Source: Planctomycetota bacterium (GTDB lineage Bacteria; Planctomycetota; UBA1135; UBA2386). From it: a DNA stretch of 64,000 nucleotides. Below are positions 39,373 to 48,585 of the stretch, in pieces (the first letter of the stretch is position 1; every line of letters begins with the position of its first letter). The stretch lies in the NCBI GenBank assembly GCA_965228735.1, contig OZ245838.1, positions 1,440,001 to 1,504,000 on the forward strand, given 5' to 3'. The position numbers and the translations under genes were made by a program. The notes beneath the pieces are model-generated. The model ran no database searches, was not told the DNA's origin, and saw only the letters and a program-made list of their open reading frames with translations.

Positions 39373-40635
39373 CTACGGCGCCGCGATGCAGTAGAGGCGC
39401 CGCCGCGACCGCAGGAACATGCGGCTGCCGCTCAGCGCGGGCGTCCCGTCGAAGTAGGACTCGTCGCCCGCGATCGTGTTGTGCGCGAGGATCTCGAACT
39501 CCGGCCGCGCCGGCACCACGAACGTGCCGTTCTCGCGGCTCACGTAGTAGATGCAGTCGCCCGCGCGGACCGGGGAACTGTAGAACTGGCCGTCGAGCCG
39601 TTCCTTGTAGACGAGATCGCCGGTCGCGTCGTCCGCGCAGTGCGCGATACCGCCCTCGTTGACCCAGTAGAGGTGGCCGTCGTGCCAGAGCGGCGTCGTC
39701 ACGTACGAGCCATAGCGCGTGTGCCAGTTCAGATGGGTCCCGGTCACGTCGCCGTGTCCGCCGAGCCGCACCGCGTGACTGCGAACGTGCGTCTGCCCGC
39801 CGAGGCTGAAGATCGCTTCGCCGCCGCGAACGACCGTCGGACCGAGCGCGCCGTTGGTCTTCGTCGCCACCATCCACACGCGCTCGCCCGTGCGCGGGCA
39901 CAGCGCCCAGATGCTGCCGAGGAGCGCGAGCACCATGACCGGTTCGTCGCCGTCGACGACGAGCGGCGTCCCGTAGGCCTGGTCGAGCTCCGCCGCGGCA
40001 CGCCGCCAGATCTCCCTGCCCGTGCGCTTGTCGAGCGCGCGCACCGAGTGACTCTCGTCCGACGCGTTCACGAGCAGATGGTCCTGCCAGAGGGCGAGGC
40101 TCGAACCCGAGCCCGTGAGCCACTCGCTCGACCCCGTCCCGACCGACCGCTGCCATGCCAGTTCGCCCGCGAGGTCATAGGCGAAGACGCCCGACTTGCC
40201 GAACATCACGTAGACGCGTTCGCCGTCGGACACCGGCGTGCTCGACGCGTAGCCGTGCGTCGCCATCCGCCCGCCGAACGGGTCCTCGGTCGGCACCGGC
40301 CGCACGGTTCGTTGCCACACGACCTCGCCCGTGTCGGCGCGCAAACGAAGCAGGTGCCGACGCAGCTTCGACGGCTCGCCCGGCTTCTCGAGGTCGAGGC
40401 CATAGCCGGACCAGCACGTCACGTAGACCGAGTCACCGACGACTACGGGACTCGACGTGCCGGGGCCCGGGAGCTCACGACGCCACACGATGTTCGCGGA
40501 CTCGCTCCAGCTGCGCACGACCGCAGCCGCCTGCGAGGCCGAAGCGTCGGTGCCGCGAAAGCCGCGCCAGTCGGTGTCCTGGCCCGGAACGGCGGCGGCG
40601 ATGAACAGCGGCAAGCAAGCCTGTCGGACGAGCAT
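39373..40635 (-). CDS. PQQ-binding-like beta-propeller protein
   Basis: WRGFRG, PGPGTSSPVV, ASSTPVSDG, ALDKRTG, FYSSP; family commonly expanded in Planctomycetota. Confidence 0.88.
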   Translation of the reverse strand: MLVRQACLPLFIAAAVPGQDTDWRGFRGTDASASQAAAVVRSWSESANIVWRRELPGPGTSSPVVVGDSVYVTCWSGYGLDLEKPGEPSKLRRHLLRLRADTGEVVWQRTVRPVPTEDPFGGRMATHGYASSTPVSDGERVYVMFGKSGVFAYDLAGELAWQRSVGTGSSEWLTGSGSSLALWQDHLLVNASDESHSVRALDKRTGREIWRRAAAELDQAYGTPLVVDGDEPVMVLALLGSIWALCPRTGERVWMVATKTNGALGPTVVRGGEAIFSLGGQTHVRSHAVRLGGHGDVTGTHLNWHTRYGSYVTTPLWHDGHLYWVNEGGIAHCADDATGDLVYKERLDGQFYSSPVRAGDCIYYVSRENGTFVVPARPEFEILAHNTIAGDESYFDGTPALSGSRMFLRSRRRLYCIAAP

Positions 40636-40695
40636 GGCGGCACCATGGCTGGTTCGAACCCGGCGGTCAACTCGTCGATTGCTTCGCGCCGCCTC

Positions 40696-41781
40696 TCACC
40701 CGCCCTTGCCATCCGCGAGCACGAGCCTCGCGATGCGGTGCGCGCGTTCGCTCGGGTGAAGGTCATCGCGATTGCAGAGGCAGACGACCGTGATGCGACG
40801 CGCGGGGATGCGCAGCAGGTCGGCGCGATACGCAGCCCACGCACCGCCGTGGCTGATGGTGCGCTCGCCTTCGAGTTCACCGAAGACTAGCCCCGTGCCG
40901 TAGTCGATCGCGGAACCGTCGTCGAGCCGCCCGGGGTGCGCCATCGCCGCGAGCAGTTCGGAACCACCGACCTTGCCGTGCTCGAAGTTGCGCGACCAGC
41001 GCAGCAGATCGCCGACCGTGGTGAACACGGCGCCGTCGCCGGTCTGCTCCCAGTTGCTGAAGTGCCACCGCCAGCCGCCGCGCGGGCTGCGGGAGTAGCT
41101 CAGCGCCCGGTTCGGCACGAGAGCAGTGCAGTCCTGATGAACGTGCGTCTGCCGCATGCCGAGCGGCTCGAACAGGCACTCGCGTGCGAAGTCGGCCAGC
41201 GGTACGCCGGCGACGCCTTCGACGATCACCGACAGCAGCAGGTAGTTGCTGTTGGAGTACGACCAGCGACTACCGGGCACGAACTCGAGCGCGTCGATGG
41301 TTCCGAGTGCCGCCATCGCGTCATCCGTCGTGGTGCTGTCCTCGACCAGGCTGCCGCCCTTCATGAGCAGGCCGATGTAGTCGGGCAGACCGCTCGTATG
41401 CAGCACGAGGTGACGTATCGTGACCGGGTCGCACACTGCGGGCAGCTCGGAAACGTGCCGGCGCACCGGATCGTCGAGCCCGAGGTCGCCCGCTCGCTCG
41501 AGCAGCAACACGCAGGCCGCGGTGAACTGCTTGGACGTCGAACCGATGTCGAACACCGAGTCGGTCGTGAGCGGCACGCCACGCTCGAGGTCGGCGAGGC
41601 CGTAGGCCTTCTGCAGGAGCGTCTCTTCACCGCGGGCGACCAGGACCACAGCCCCGGGTGCACCGGGCCGCTTGCAGCCGCGGAACATGCGATCGATGCG
41701 TTGTTCGAGCGAAGGCGAACTCGACGTGCTCTGCGCGGCGAGCGACACGGCGAACAGGACGGCGACGACGAATCGAGGCAT
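40696..41781 (-). CDS. Serine hydrolase, beta-lactamase class C family
   Basis: Signal peptide, FDIGSTSK (SxxK), HTSG, YSN, HGG motifs. Confidence 0.92.
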   Translation of the reverse strand: MPRFVVAVLFAVSLAAQSTSSSPSLEQRIDRMFRGCKRPGAPGAVVLVARGEETLLQKAYGLADLERGVPLTTDSVFDIGSTSKQFTAACVLLLERAGDLGLDDPVRRHVSELPAVCDPVTIRHLVLHTSGLPDYIGLLMKGGSLVEDSTTTDDAMAALGTIDALEFVPGSRWSYSNSNYLLLSVIVEGVAGVPLADFARECLFEPLGMRQTHVHQDCTALVPNRALSYSRSPRGGWRWHFSNWEQTGDGAVFTTVGDLLRWSRNFEHGKVGGSELLAAMAHPGRLDDGSAIDYGTGLVFGELEGERTISHGGAWAAYRADLLRIPARRITVVCLCNRDDLHPSERAHRIARLVLADGKGG

Positions 41782-41868
41782 GGTGCGCGATTCTGCCACG
41801 AACGCGTCAGATTCGCTGTCCTCCGGACACCGCTGGCCTGGATGCACCGCGATCCTGCGATACCCGAC

Positions 41869-42516
41869 TCAAGCGCCAGCCGCGCCCGGTCCGTCGAGCT
41901 CGGCGAAGACCGACTCCGGCAACCGTTCCCGCAGCCGCTTCAACGCTCGCGAGTAGCGCTGGTCGACCGCCGCGACCGTCAGACCGAGCAACATCGCGAC
42001 CGTCTTGCTCGAGTTCTGCTCGATGCCGCGCAGCAGGATGATCTCGCGATCGCCCGTACGCAGGTCGTCGAGGCACTCGCGCACCATCGATTGGGTCTCG
42101 TGCCGGACCGCATGCGTGATCGCGCCGCTGGCGTCGGACGGCACCGCGGCGATCGCCTCGCGATCGACCGGTTCGGTCGTGCAACGGCGCAGCCGGCGCC
42201 GCAGCAGGTTGTTGATGCGGAAGTTGATCGTCGTGGTGAGGAACTTGAGCAGCACCGGCGTGAGCCGGCCGTCGCGCTCCTCGAGCGCGTTGAGCTTCGG
42301 CAGCGTGACGAGCCACGCCTCGTTCACGAGATCCTCGGCCTCGACCTGCGTCCGCAGCTTGGGCCCGAGCCGATACTCCGCCGCGGCCAAGAGGACCGGC
42401 GACAACCGCGCGACGACCGACCCGAGACTGTCCGTATCCCCGTTCGCCGCGCGCCGGACGTGAAACGTGGTGTCCCACGATCGGGATTCGTCGGAGTTGC
42501 CGGGAACGGGATTCAC
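41869..42516 (-). CDS. ECF RNA polymerase sigma factor
   Basis: AEDLVNEAW (region 2) and DREIILLRGIE...RYSRALKRLR (region 4). Confidence 0.9.
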   Translation of the reverse strand: MNPVPGNSDESRSWDTTFHVRRAANGDTDSLGSVVARLSPVLLAAAEYRLGPKLRTQVEAEDLVNEAWLVTLPKLNALEERDGRLTPVLLKFLTTTINFRINNLLRRRLRRCTTEPVDREAIAAVPSDASGAITHAVRHETQSMVRECLDDLRTGDREIILLRGIEQNSSKTVAMLLGLTVAAVDQRYSRALKRLRERLPESVFAELDGPGAAGA

Positions 42517-42599
42517 TGCGATGCGGTTCGCGAAACGCGCCCGCCTCGGATCGTAGCCGACCGCGAGGGACGGGCAACCGATCTGCTACCGTGGCCCCC

Positions 42600-45302
42600 A
42601 TGCTGACGGACCCGCATCCCGACGAGCCGGCGATCGTGGCGGCGTTCCTGCAGCAGATCCTCGACGATCGCGACCGCGGTGTCGAACGAACGCTCGCTGA
42701 GTATCAGCGGCAGTTCGCAGGGCACGAAGCGGCCATTGCCGCGGAGTACGAACACGTGCTCACTGATGCGCCGAACGCGAGCACGGGCGGCAGCGAGCCG
42801 CACGGCGCCGGCTACGAGTCGCCGTTCGGCTTCGAGTTGATCCGGGGCCCGATCGCCGAGCGCTACCGCGACGCCGAGGAGATCGCGGCGGGCGGCATGG
42901 GCACCATCTACCGGGTCTGGGATCCGATGCTCAAGCGCACTCTCGCGAAGAAGGTGCTGGGCACCCGCAAGCGCGCATCGAGCACGACGACGACCGTGGT
43001 CGATCGCTTCCTCGACGAAGCCCAGGTGACCGCGCAACTCGACCACCCCGGCATCGTGCCGGTGCACGAGCTCGGGCTCGACGACGAGGGCCGCGTCTAC
43101 TTCACGATGGCGCTCGTCCGCGGCCGCGACTTCAAGGCGGTCATCGACCTCGTCCATGCCGGTGAGTGGACGTTGCCGCGCGCGCTCGGCGTGCTGCAGC
43201 GGGTGTGCGAGGCCGTCGCCTTCGCGCACAGCAAGGGCGTGATCCACCGCGATCTCAAGCCGGCCAACATCATGGTCGGGCCGTTCGGTCAGACCTACGT
43301 GCTCGACTGGGGGCTCGCGCGCGTCGTCGACGAGGACACCGCGCGCTCCGCCGCCGACGACGACTCGCCGACGGTCCGTTCGGGCCGTCACGACCCCGCG
43401 GGGAACGACAGCTCACCGTTCCTCACCCTTGAAGGCGACGTGATCGGGACCCCGGCCTACATGGCGCCCGAGCAGGCCCGCGGCGATCTCGACCACGTCG
43501 GCACGCGCAGCGACGTCTACGCGATCGGCGCGATGCTCTACCACCTGCTCGCCGGTCGCATGCCGTACGGCGACACCGATACGACGACGTGGCAGGACGT
43601 GCTCGACGCGACGTTGACCGGCCCGCCGACGCCGTTGAGCGAGCTCTCGCGGGACGTGCCCGACGAGCTCGTCGCGATCCAGACCCGCGCGATGGCCCGC
43701 GACCCCGGCAACCGCTACGAGTCCGCGCACGATCTCGGCGAGGACCTGCGCGCGTTCCTCGAGGATCGCGTGGTGCGGGCCCACCGCACGGGTGCCGTCG
43801 CCGAACTCTCGAAGTGGGTGCAGCGCAACCGGCTCGCCGCGGCCGCGGCCGCACTCGCCGCGTTCTCGCTGGTCGCCGGTCTCGGCACGAGCGTCTGGCT
43901 CAAGGGCGTCGCCGACGACAACGCCGAACGCGCGGTCCTGCAATCGGAGACCCAGCAGGCCGTGCTGGACTTCCTCAACAAGGACCTGCTCGCGGCAGTC
44001 GCTCCGGGCGCCGTGGGGAAGGACGCGACGATGCGCGCGGTGCTCGATCGCGCCGCCGAGTCGATCGAAGGCCGCTTTCCGGATCGCCCCCTCGTCGAGG
44101 CCGCGGTGCGGCGCACGCTCGCGGACACCTACCGCCGGCTCGGCGTGCTCGACGCGGCCGAACGCCACGCGACGCGATCGGTGAAGCTCTACCTCGGTAA
44201 CGACGGCGGGGCCGAAGAGACGCTCGATGCCCGTCGCGTGCTCGCGGTCATCTATCGGCGACAGACGCGACTGCGCGAAGCCGCGGAGGAGAACCGCGAA
44301 ATCCTGCTGCTGTCGCGAGTCGCGTTCGGGCCGCGACACGAGGACACGCTGACGGCCGCGAACAACCTCGGTCTCGTTCTCACCTATCTCGGTGAACGCG
44401 AGGAGGCCGAACCGCTGCTGCGCGAGGTCTACGAACAGCGCCGCAGCCGACTGGGTCATGACCACGACAAGACGCTCGTGTCGATGTGCAACCTCGGCCT
44501 GCTGTACTACAACTGGGGGCGCTACCGCGAAGCCGAGCCGTTGATCAAGGGCGAGCTCGACCTGTGCACGAAGAAGCACGGCGAAGCCAATCCCGGCACC
44601 CTCGTATCGATGAACAACTGGGCCAACCTGCTGCACGCCACGGGGCGCACCGAGGATGCCATCGCCATGCACGAACGGGTGTTCCGCGTCTCGCAGGAAG
44701 TGCGCGGCGAAACCCACCCCGAGACGATCCAGGCCCTGACACAGCGGGCTCGCATGCTGACCACTATCGAACGCTTCGACGAGGTCGAAGCGCTGCTCGA
44801 GGTCGCCCGCGAGCGCGCCATGGTGCACGGCCCGGACCATCGCAACAGCCTCGAGATCGAGACGGTCCACATCGGTCTCCTGCTCGCGCGCAAGGACGTT
44901 GCTGGCGCCCTCGTGGCCTCCGAGACGCACCTCGCGCGCAGCCTGCGCGTGCGCGGCGAACGGGCGGAACGCAGCTTGCAGGCCCGCCGCCTGCGGGCGC
45001 GGGCGCTGGCCGACAGCGATCAGGCGACCGCGGCGCTCCAGCAGGTCGACGCGGCGATCGCCGCGATCGGCGGCGACGTGACCATCGAGCTCATGCGGCA
45101 GAAGATCCTCCGCGGCGAGTTGTTGACAACTCTGGAACGTTATTCAGAAGCCGAGTCGGAGATGCTCGCGGCCGAGCGCTACTTCGCCGAACGTCTGCCG
45201 CAGGCGCGCGACCACGGCGCCGTGATCGAGCAACTCATCGCGCTCTACGAGGCCTGGGGTCAACCGGACACGGCCGACACCTGGCGCGCGCGCCTGCAGT
45301 AG
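42600..45302 (+). CDS. Membrane Ser/Thr protein kinase with TPR repeats
   Basis: AAGGMG, HRDLKPAN, DWGLA, GTPAYMAPEQ, TM helix, repeated G..H..TL...NNL TPRs. ATG 42600 preferred over GTG 42591 because a -10-like box overlaps the latter. Confidence 0.93.
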   Translation: MLTDPHPDEPAIVAAFLQQILDDRDRGVERTLAEYQRQFAGHEAAIAAEYEHVLTDAPNASTGGSEPHGAGYESPFGFELIRGPIAERYRDAEEIAAGGMGTIYRVWDPMLKRTLAKKVLGTRKRASSTTTTVVDRFLDEAQVTAQLDHPGIVPVHELGLDDEGRVYFTMALVRGRDFKAVIDLVHAGEWTLPRALGVLQRVCEAVAFAHSKGVIHRDLKPANIMVGPFGQTYVLDWGLARVVDEDTARSAADDDSPTVRSGRHDPAGNDSSPFLTLEGDVIGTPAYMAPEQARGDLDHVGTRSDVYAIGAMLYHLLAGRMPYGDTDTTTWQDVLDATLTGPPTPLSELSRDVPDELVAIQTRAMARDPGNRYESAHDLGEDLRAFLEDRVVRAHRTGAVAELSKWVQRNRLAAAAAALAAFSLVAGLGTSVWLKGVADDNAERAVLQSETQQAVLDFLNKDLLAAVAPGAVGKDATMRAVLDRAAESIEGRFPDRPLVEAAVRRTLADTYRRLGVLDAAERHATRSVKLYLGNDGGAEETLDARRVLAVIYRRQTRLREAAEENREILLLSRVAFGPRHEDTLTAANNLGLVLTYLGEREEAEPLLREVYEQRRSRLGHDHDKTLVSMCNLGLLYYNWGRYREAEPLIKGELDLCTKKHGEANPGTLVSMNNWANLLHATGRTEDAIAMHERVFRVSQEVRGETHPETIQALTQRARMLTTIERFDEVEALLEVARERAMVHGPDHRNSLEIETVHIGLLLARKDVAGALVASETHLARSLRVRGERAERSLQARRLRARALADSDQATAALQQVDAAIAAIGGDVTIELMRQKILRGELLTTLERYSEAESEMLAAERYFAERLPQARDHGAVIEQLIALYEAWGQPDTADTWRARLQ

Positions 45303-45353
45303 GCCCGCGCGGAGGTAGTGGGATTGCCCACCGTGGTGCGATAGCGTCTCGGC

Positions 45354-46040
45354 ATGCTGTCCCAGCGCCCGACGTCCAAGGCTCCACTGCGCATCTACCT
45401 GGTCGGGGCGCACGCGACCGGCAAGACGACACTCGCACGTTGGGTGCGCGATCGCTACGGGCTGCCGATGATCGCCGAGGTCGCGCGCGGCGTGCTCGCC
45501 GAGATGGAGGCGCGGCTCGACACGCTGCGCACCGACATCGATCTCGTGAATCGCTATCAGCGCGAGGTGTTCCGCCGCCAGATCGAGGCGGAGCACAAGG
45601 TCGACGGCCCGTTCGTCAGCGATCGGGCCTTCTGCAATCTGGCCTACGCCGCCGATCACTCGACGATCCTCGGCTCGGTGTTCCGCGACCCCCGGCTGCG
45701 CGAGTACATGAACTGGGTCCGCGGCGGCATCGTGTTCTTTCTCCGGCCCCACCAGCAGCTCGTCGTCCCCGACGGGACGCGGGCGGGACTCGAGTGGGAG
45801 GACGTCGTGCGCATCGACGGCATGGTCAAGCTGCTGCTCGAGATGTTCGACGTGCCGTACGTGCCCGTGGAGTCGCTGGCCATGCAGGAACGCGTTCGCC
45901 TCGTCGAACGGGTCCTCGGTCTGGCCGGTCTGCCGAGCCGTGCCGCCGCCGCAACGACGCCAGCCCCCGCAGGCCCGGTCGTCCCGGAGCCTCGGCCGGA
46001 CGTCGTCGCCGCGCCGCGTCGTGACGCTCCGCCAAACTGA
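45354..46040 (+). CDS. AAA_28 / NadR-like P-loop ATPase or kinase
   Basis: GAHATGKTT Walker A, EVAR, SDR, DGTR motifs. Confidence 0.8.
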   Translation: MLSQRPTSKAPLRIYLVGAHATGKTTLARWVRDRYGLPMIAEVARGVLAEMEARLDTLRTDIDLVNRYQREVFRRQIEAEHKVDGPFVSDRAFCNLAYAADHSTILGSVFRDPRLREYMNWVRGGIVFFLRPHQQLVVPDGTRAGLEWEDVVRIDGMVKLLLEMFDVPYVPVESLAMQERVRLVERVLGLAGLPSRAAAATTPAPAGPVVPEPRPDVVAAPRRDAPPN

Positions 46041-46328
46041 GTCGGTCCGTGGCGGCACGGCTCGGGCGAACGATGCGCCCGCATCGGCCCCGACGAAACC
46101 GGAGCAACCGGGCCCCGACGCCCTGTTCTCCACGGCTTTCCCCCGGGGTTTCCCCGTCGAATCGCAGTCCCGACGGGTCGCCACCCGGCCGTCGATTTTC
46201 AGACCCACTCCACCGGCCAACTCGCTCCCCGTTGGTCACTTCCAACTTTCTTGACCTGTCCCTCCACAGTCTGTGCACACGTTCACAAGGCGTGAAGACG
46301 CCGCGAACCGCGCCATCCCGACGGACTC

Positions 46329-47744
46329 GTGACCGGAACTTCCCACAGCCAGCGCCAGAGCCGCGGACTCGCGGATGAACTGTGGCAACTCGCCCGACTC
46401 GCGGGCCCGATCGCGCTCGTGCAGTTCGGCATGACCACGCTCAGCGTGACCGACGTCGCGATGCTCGGGCGGCACGAACCGGGCGCGCTGCCCGCGATGG
46501 GGCTCGGGAACGTGCTCGCGATGGCGGTCACGATGTTCGCGTTCGGGGCGCAGACCGCGGCCGATCCGATGCTGTCCCAGGCGATCGGCGCGAAGGACGA
46601 CGATGCGGTGCCGCGGATCCTCGGCCGCACGCTGCTCCTCGGAGTCGTGCTGACGGTGCCGTGCGCCCTGCTGCTGCTGCCCGCCGGCACCTGGCTCACG
46701 TGGCTCGGCCAGCCGCCCGAGCTGATCGGGGACGCCGCGACCTATGCGCGCCTGCAGGCGCTCGGCGTGCTGCCGTTCCTCTGGTACTCCGTCGCGCGGT
46801 CACTGCTGTCGGCGCAGGCGCGGACCTCGGCCCAGGTGATCACGATCGTCGCGGGGAACCTGCTGAACGTGCTGCTCGACTACTGGCTGATCTTCGGCGG
46901 TCTCGGGGTCCCGGCCCTCGGCGCAACCGGCGCGGGAATCGCAACGGTCACGGTGCGCTGGCTCATGCTGGCCGCGCTCGTCTGGTTCGGCCGCGACGTG
47001 ATCGTACCGCAGTTGCGCGGACTCGCCGACCGCACGGTGCGGGCCGCCGCGTTCGCGTACCGACCGTTGCTCAAACTGCTGCGCCTCGGCGCGGCGGTCG
47101 GCCTGCAGTTCGTCCTCGAGTTCGGGATCTTCGGTGCCGCCGGTCTGCTCGTCGGCATGCTCGATGCCGAGCGCGGCCCGGCCGGGAGTGACGGCGCGAT
47201 GCTCGCCGGCCATCAGGTCGCGCTGCAGCTCGCGTCGCTGAGCTTCATGATTCCGCTCGGCATCGGCATCGCGGCGTCGGTCCGCGTCGGCTGGGCCGTT
47301 GGCCGCGGTGATCAGGACGCGGTGCAGCTCAGCTGTCGCGCCGCGCTGTTCGCCGGTGCAGGAACGATGACCGCGTTCATGCTGCTGTTCCTCGCGATTC
47401 CGGGTCCGCTCGCCAACCTGCTCGCCGAGCACGCCGGCGCGCTCGAGGTCGCGATCGCGCTGATCCCGATCGCGGGGGTGTTCCAGATCGTCGACGGCGT
47501 GCAGGTCGTCGCGATCGGCTGCCTGCGCGGTCTCGGCGATCTGCGGTCACCCGTGCTGGCGAACGTCGTCGGGTTCTGGCTGCTCGGACTGCCGGTCGCC
47601 GCGGTGCTCACGTTCGGCCTCGACCTCGGACCGGTCGGGCCGTGGTGGGGACTCGTCATCGGCCTCGCTGCGGTCGCGGCGATCCTGCTCGTCGTGCTGC
47701 GACTCCGCGTGCGCGACCGCCGCGGCCGACTCGCGGTCGACTGA
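46329..47744 (+). CDS. MATE family efflux transporter (NorM-like)
   Basis: About 12 TM helices; LAGPI, DVAMLG, LIFG.LG.P.LG..GA, ASVRVG, FQIVDG.Q, LRGLGD. Confidence 0.93.
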   Translation: MTGTSHSQRQSRGLADELWQLARLAGPIALVQFGMTTLSVTDVAMLGRHEPGALPAMGLGNVLAMAVTMFAFGAQTAADPMLSQAIGAKDDDAVPRILGRTLLLGVVLTVPCALLLLPAGTWLTWLGQPPELIGDAATYARLQALGVLPFLWYSVARSLLSAQARTSAQVITIVAGNLLNVLLDYWLIFGGLGVPALGATGAGIATVTVRWLMLAALVWFGRDVIVPQLRGLADRTVRAAAFAYRPLLKLLRLGAAVGLQFVLEFGIFGAAGLLVGMLDAERGPAGSDGAMLAGHQVALQLASLSFMIPLGIGIAASVRVGWAVGRGDQDAVQLSCRAALFAGAGTMTAFMLLFLAIPGPLANLLAEHAGALEVAIALIPIAGVFQIVDGVQVVAIGCLRGLGDLRSPVLANVVGFWLLGLPVAAVLTFGLDLGPVGPWWGLVIGLAAVAAILLVVLRLRVRDRRGRLAVD

Positions 47745-47762
47745 CGTGGTTGGAAACGACAA

Positions 47763-48389
47763 CTAGGCCTTCGCGGCGGTCGGGTTCCACGTCGAGATCC
47801 GCACGCCGTTCTGGAACGCGTCGAGCACCCCGATGCCGCCGTGCGGCAGGTTCAGCGACACGCAGCGCGACAGCCGCATCCCGAGCATCGCGGCGGCGAA
47901 CCCCGAGAGCAGCGACCCCGGCATGACGACCGCGAGCGCCTGACCCGCGACCTTCGGCATCGTCTCCGCCCACCATTCGAGCATGCGTTCGACGGCGTCG
48001 CCGAGGCTCTCCCCGCCCGGCGCCTTGCTGTCGCCGAACTCGGAGAAGAACGTCTGCACGGCGCTGCCCTCCTCGCGCGCGATGTCCTGCCACGCGCGGC
48101 CCTGCCACGACCCCATGTCCTGGTCGCGCAGTCGAGGTTCGATCGTCAGTTCGAGCTGCTTGCCGTCGGCCAACCCCTTGGCCGGCTCGGCGCACTGCGG
48201 CTGCGGACTCGCGAACACCGCCGAGAGCGGCGCCGGCCCGAGCAACTCGAGCCACTGCAGCACCTGCGTCCGCCCGCGCCGCGACAGATCGGCCGGCCCA
48301 CCACCGATCGCACACTCCGCATGCGCGGCATCGAGCTCGGGATGACGGATCAGAACGAGGCGGCAGAAATCGGCAGGCTGGTCGAACAC
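47763..48389 (-). CDS. Histidine phosphatase family protein with degenerate active site
   Basis: LVLIRHPE, FASP, LRDQDMGSWQG, PGGES; the second catalytic His position reads VVMPG. Start placed at GTG 48389. Confidence 0.8.
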   Translation of the reverse strand: MFDQPADFCRLVLIRHPELDAAHAECAIGGGPADLSRRGRTQVLQWLELLGPAPLSAVFASPQPQCAEPAKGLADGKQLELTIEPRLRDQDMGSWQGRAWQDIAREEGSAVQTFFSEFGDSKAPGGESLGDAVERMLEWWAETMPKVAGQALAVVMPGSLLSGFAAAMLGMRLSRCVSLNLPHGGIGVLDAFQNGVRISTWNPTAAKA

Positions 48390-48440
48390 GGCTGGCGCAT
48401 CTTGGGATCCACCGCCGCCGCAGGCAACGCTCACCCCCGA

Positions 48441-48555
48441 TGGCGGTACTGAACCCGCTTCGAATCCGCCACCCCACGCCCTCCCCTGCCGCAACCTAAC
48501 GCCCACCTTACGGCCGCACGCGGACGGCGGATTCGAAGCGGGTTCGGTACCGCCA
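48441..48555. repeat. 30-bp inverted repeat flanking a 55-bp spacer
   Basis: TGGCGGTACTGAACCCGCTTCGAATCCGCC (48441-48470) versus GGCGGATTCGAAGCGGGTTCGGTACCGCCA (48526-48555): 29/30 complementary. Confidence 0.9.
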
Positions 48556-48585
48556 CCGTTCCGGGGAGGGGGTAGGCTGCCGGGC

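Noticed and set aside
40648..40664. T-arm-like hairpin GCTGG-TTCGAAC-CCGGC
   Set aside because: Sits in a 60-bp intergenic gap with no room or sequence for D and anticodon arms.
46126..46280. DnaA-box-like words (TTCTCCACG, CCCTCCACA, TGTGCACAC) in the gap before the MATE gene
   Set aside because: Each has 2-3 mismatches to TTATCCACA, and there is no AT-rich unwinding element or dnaA/dnaN context; cannot support oriC.
48494..48560. ACCTAAC (RYYYAAC) within the inverted repeat, suggesting an integron attC site
   Set aside because: No matching GTTRRRY at a suitable distance, no cassette array and no integrase.
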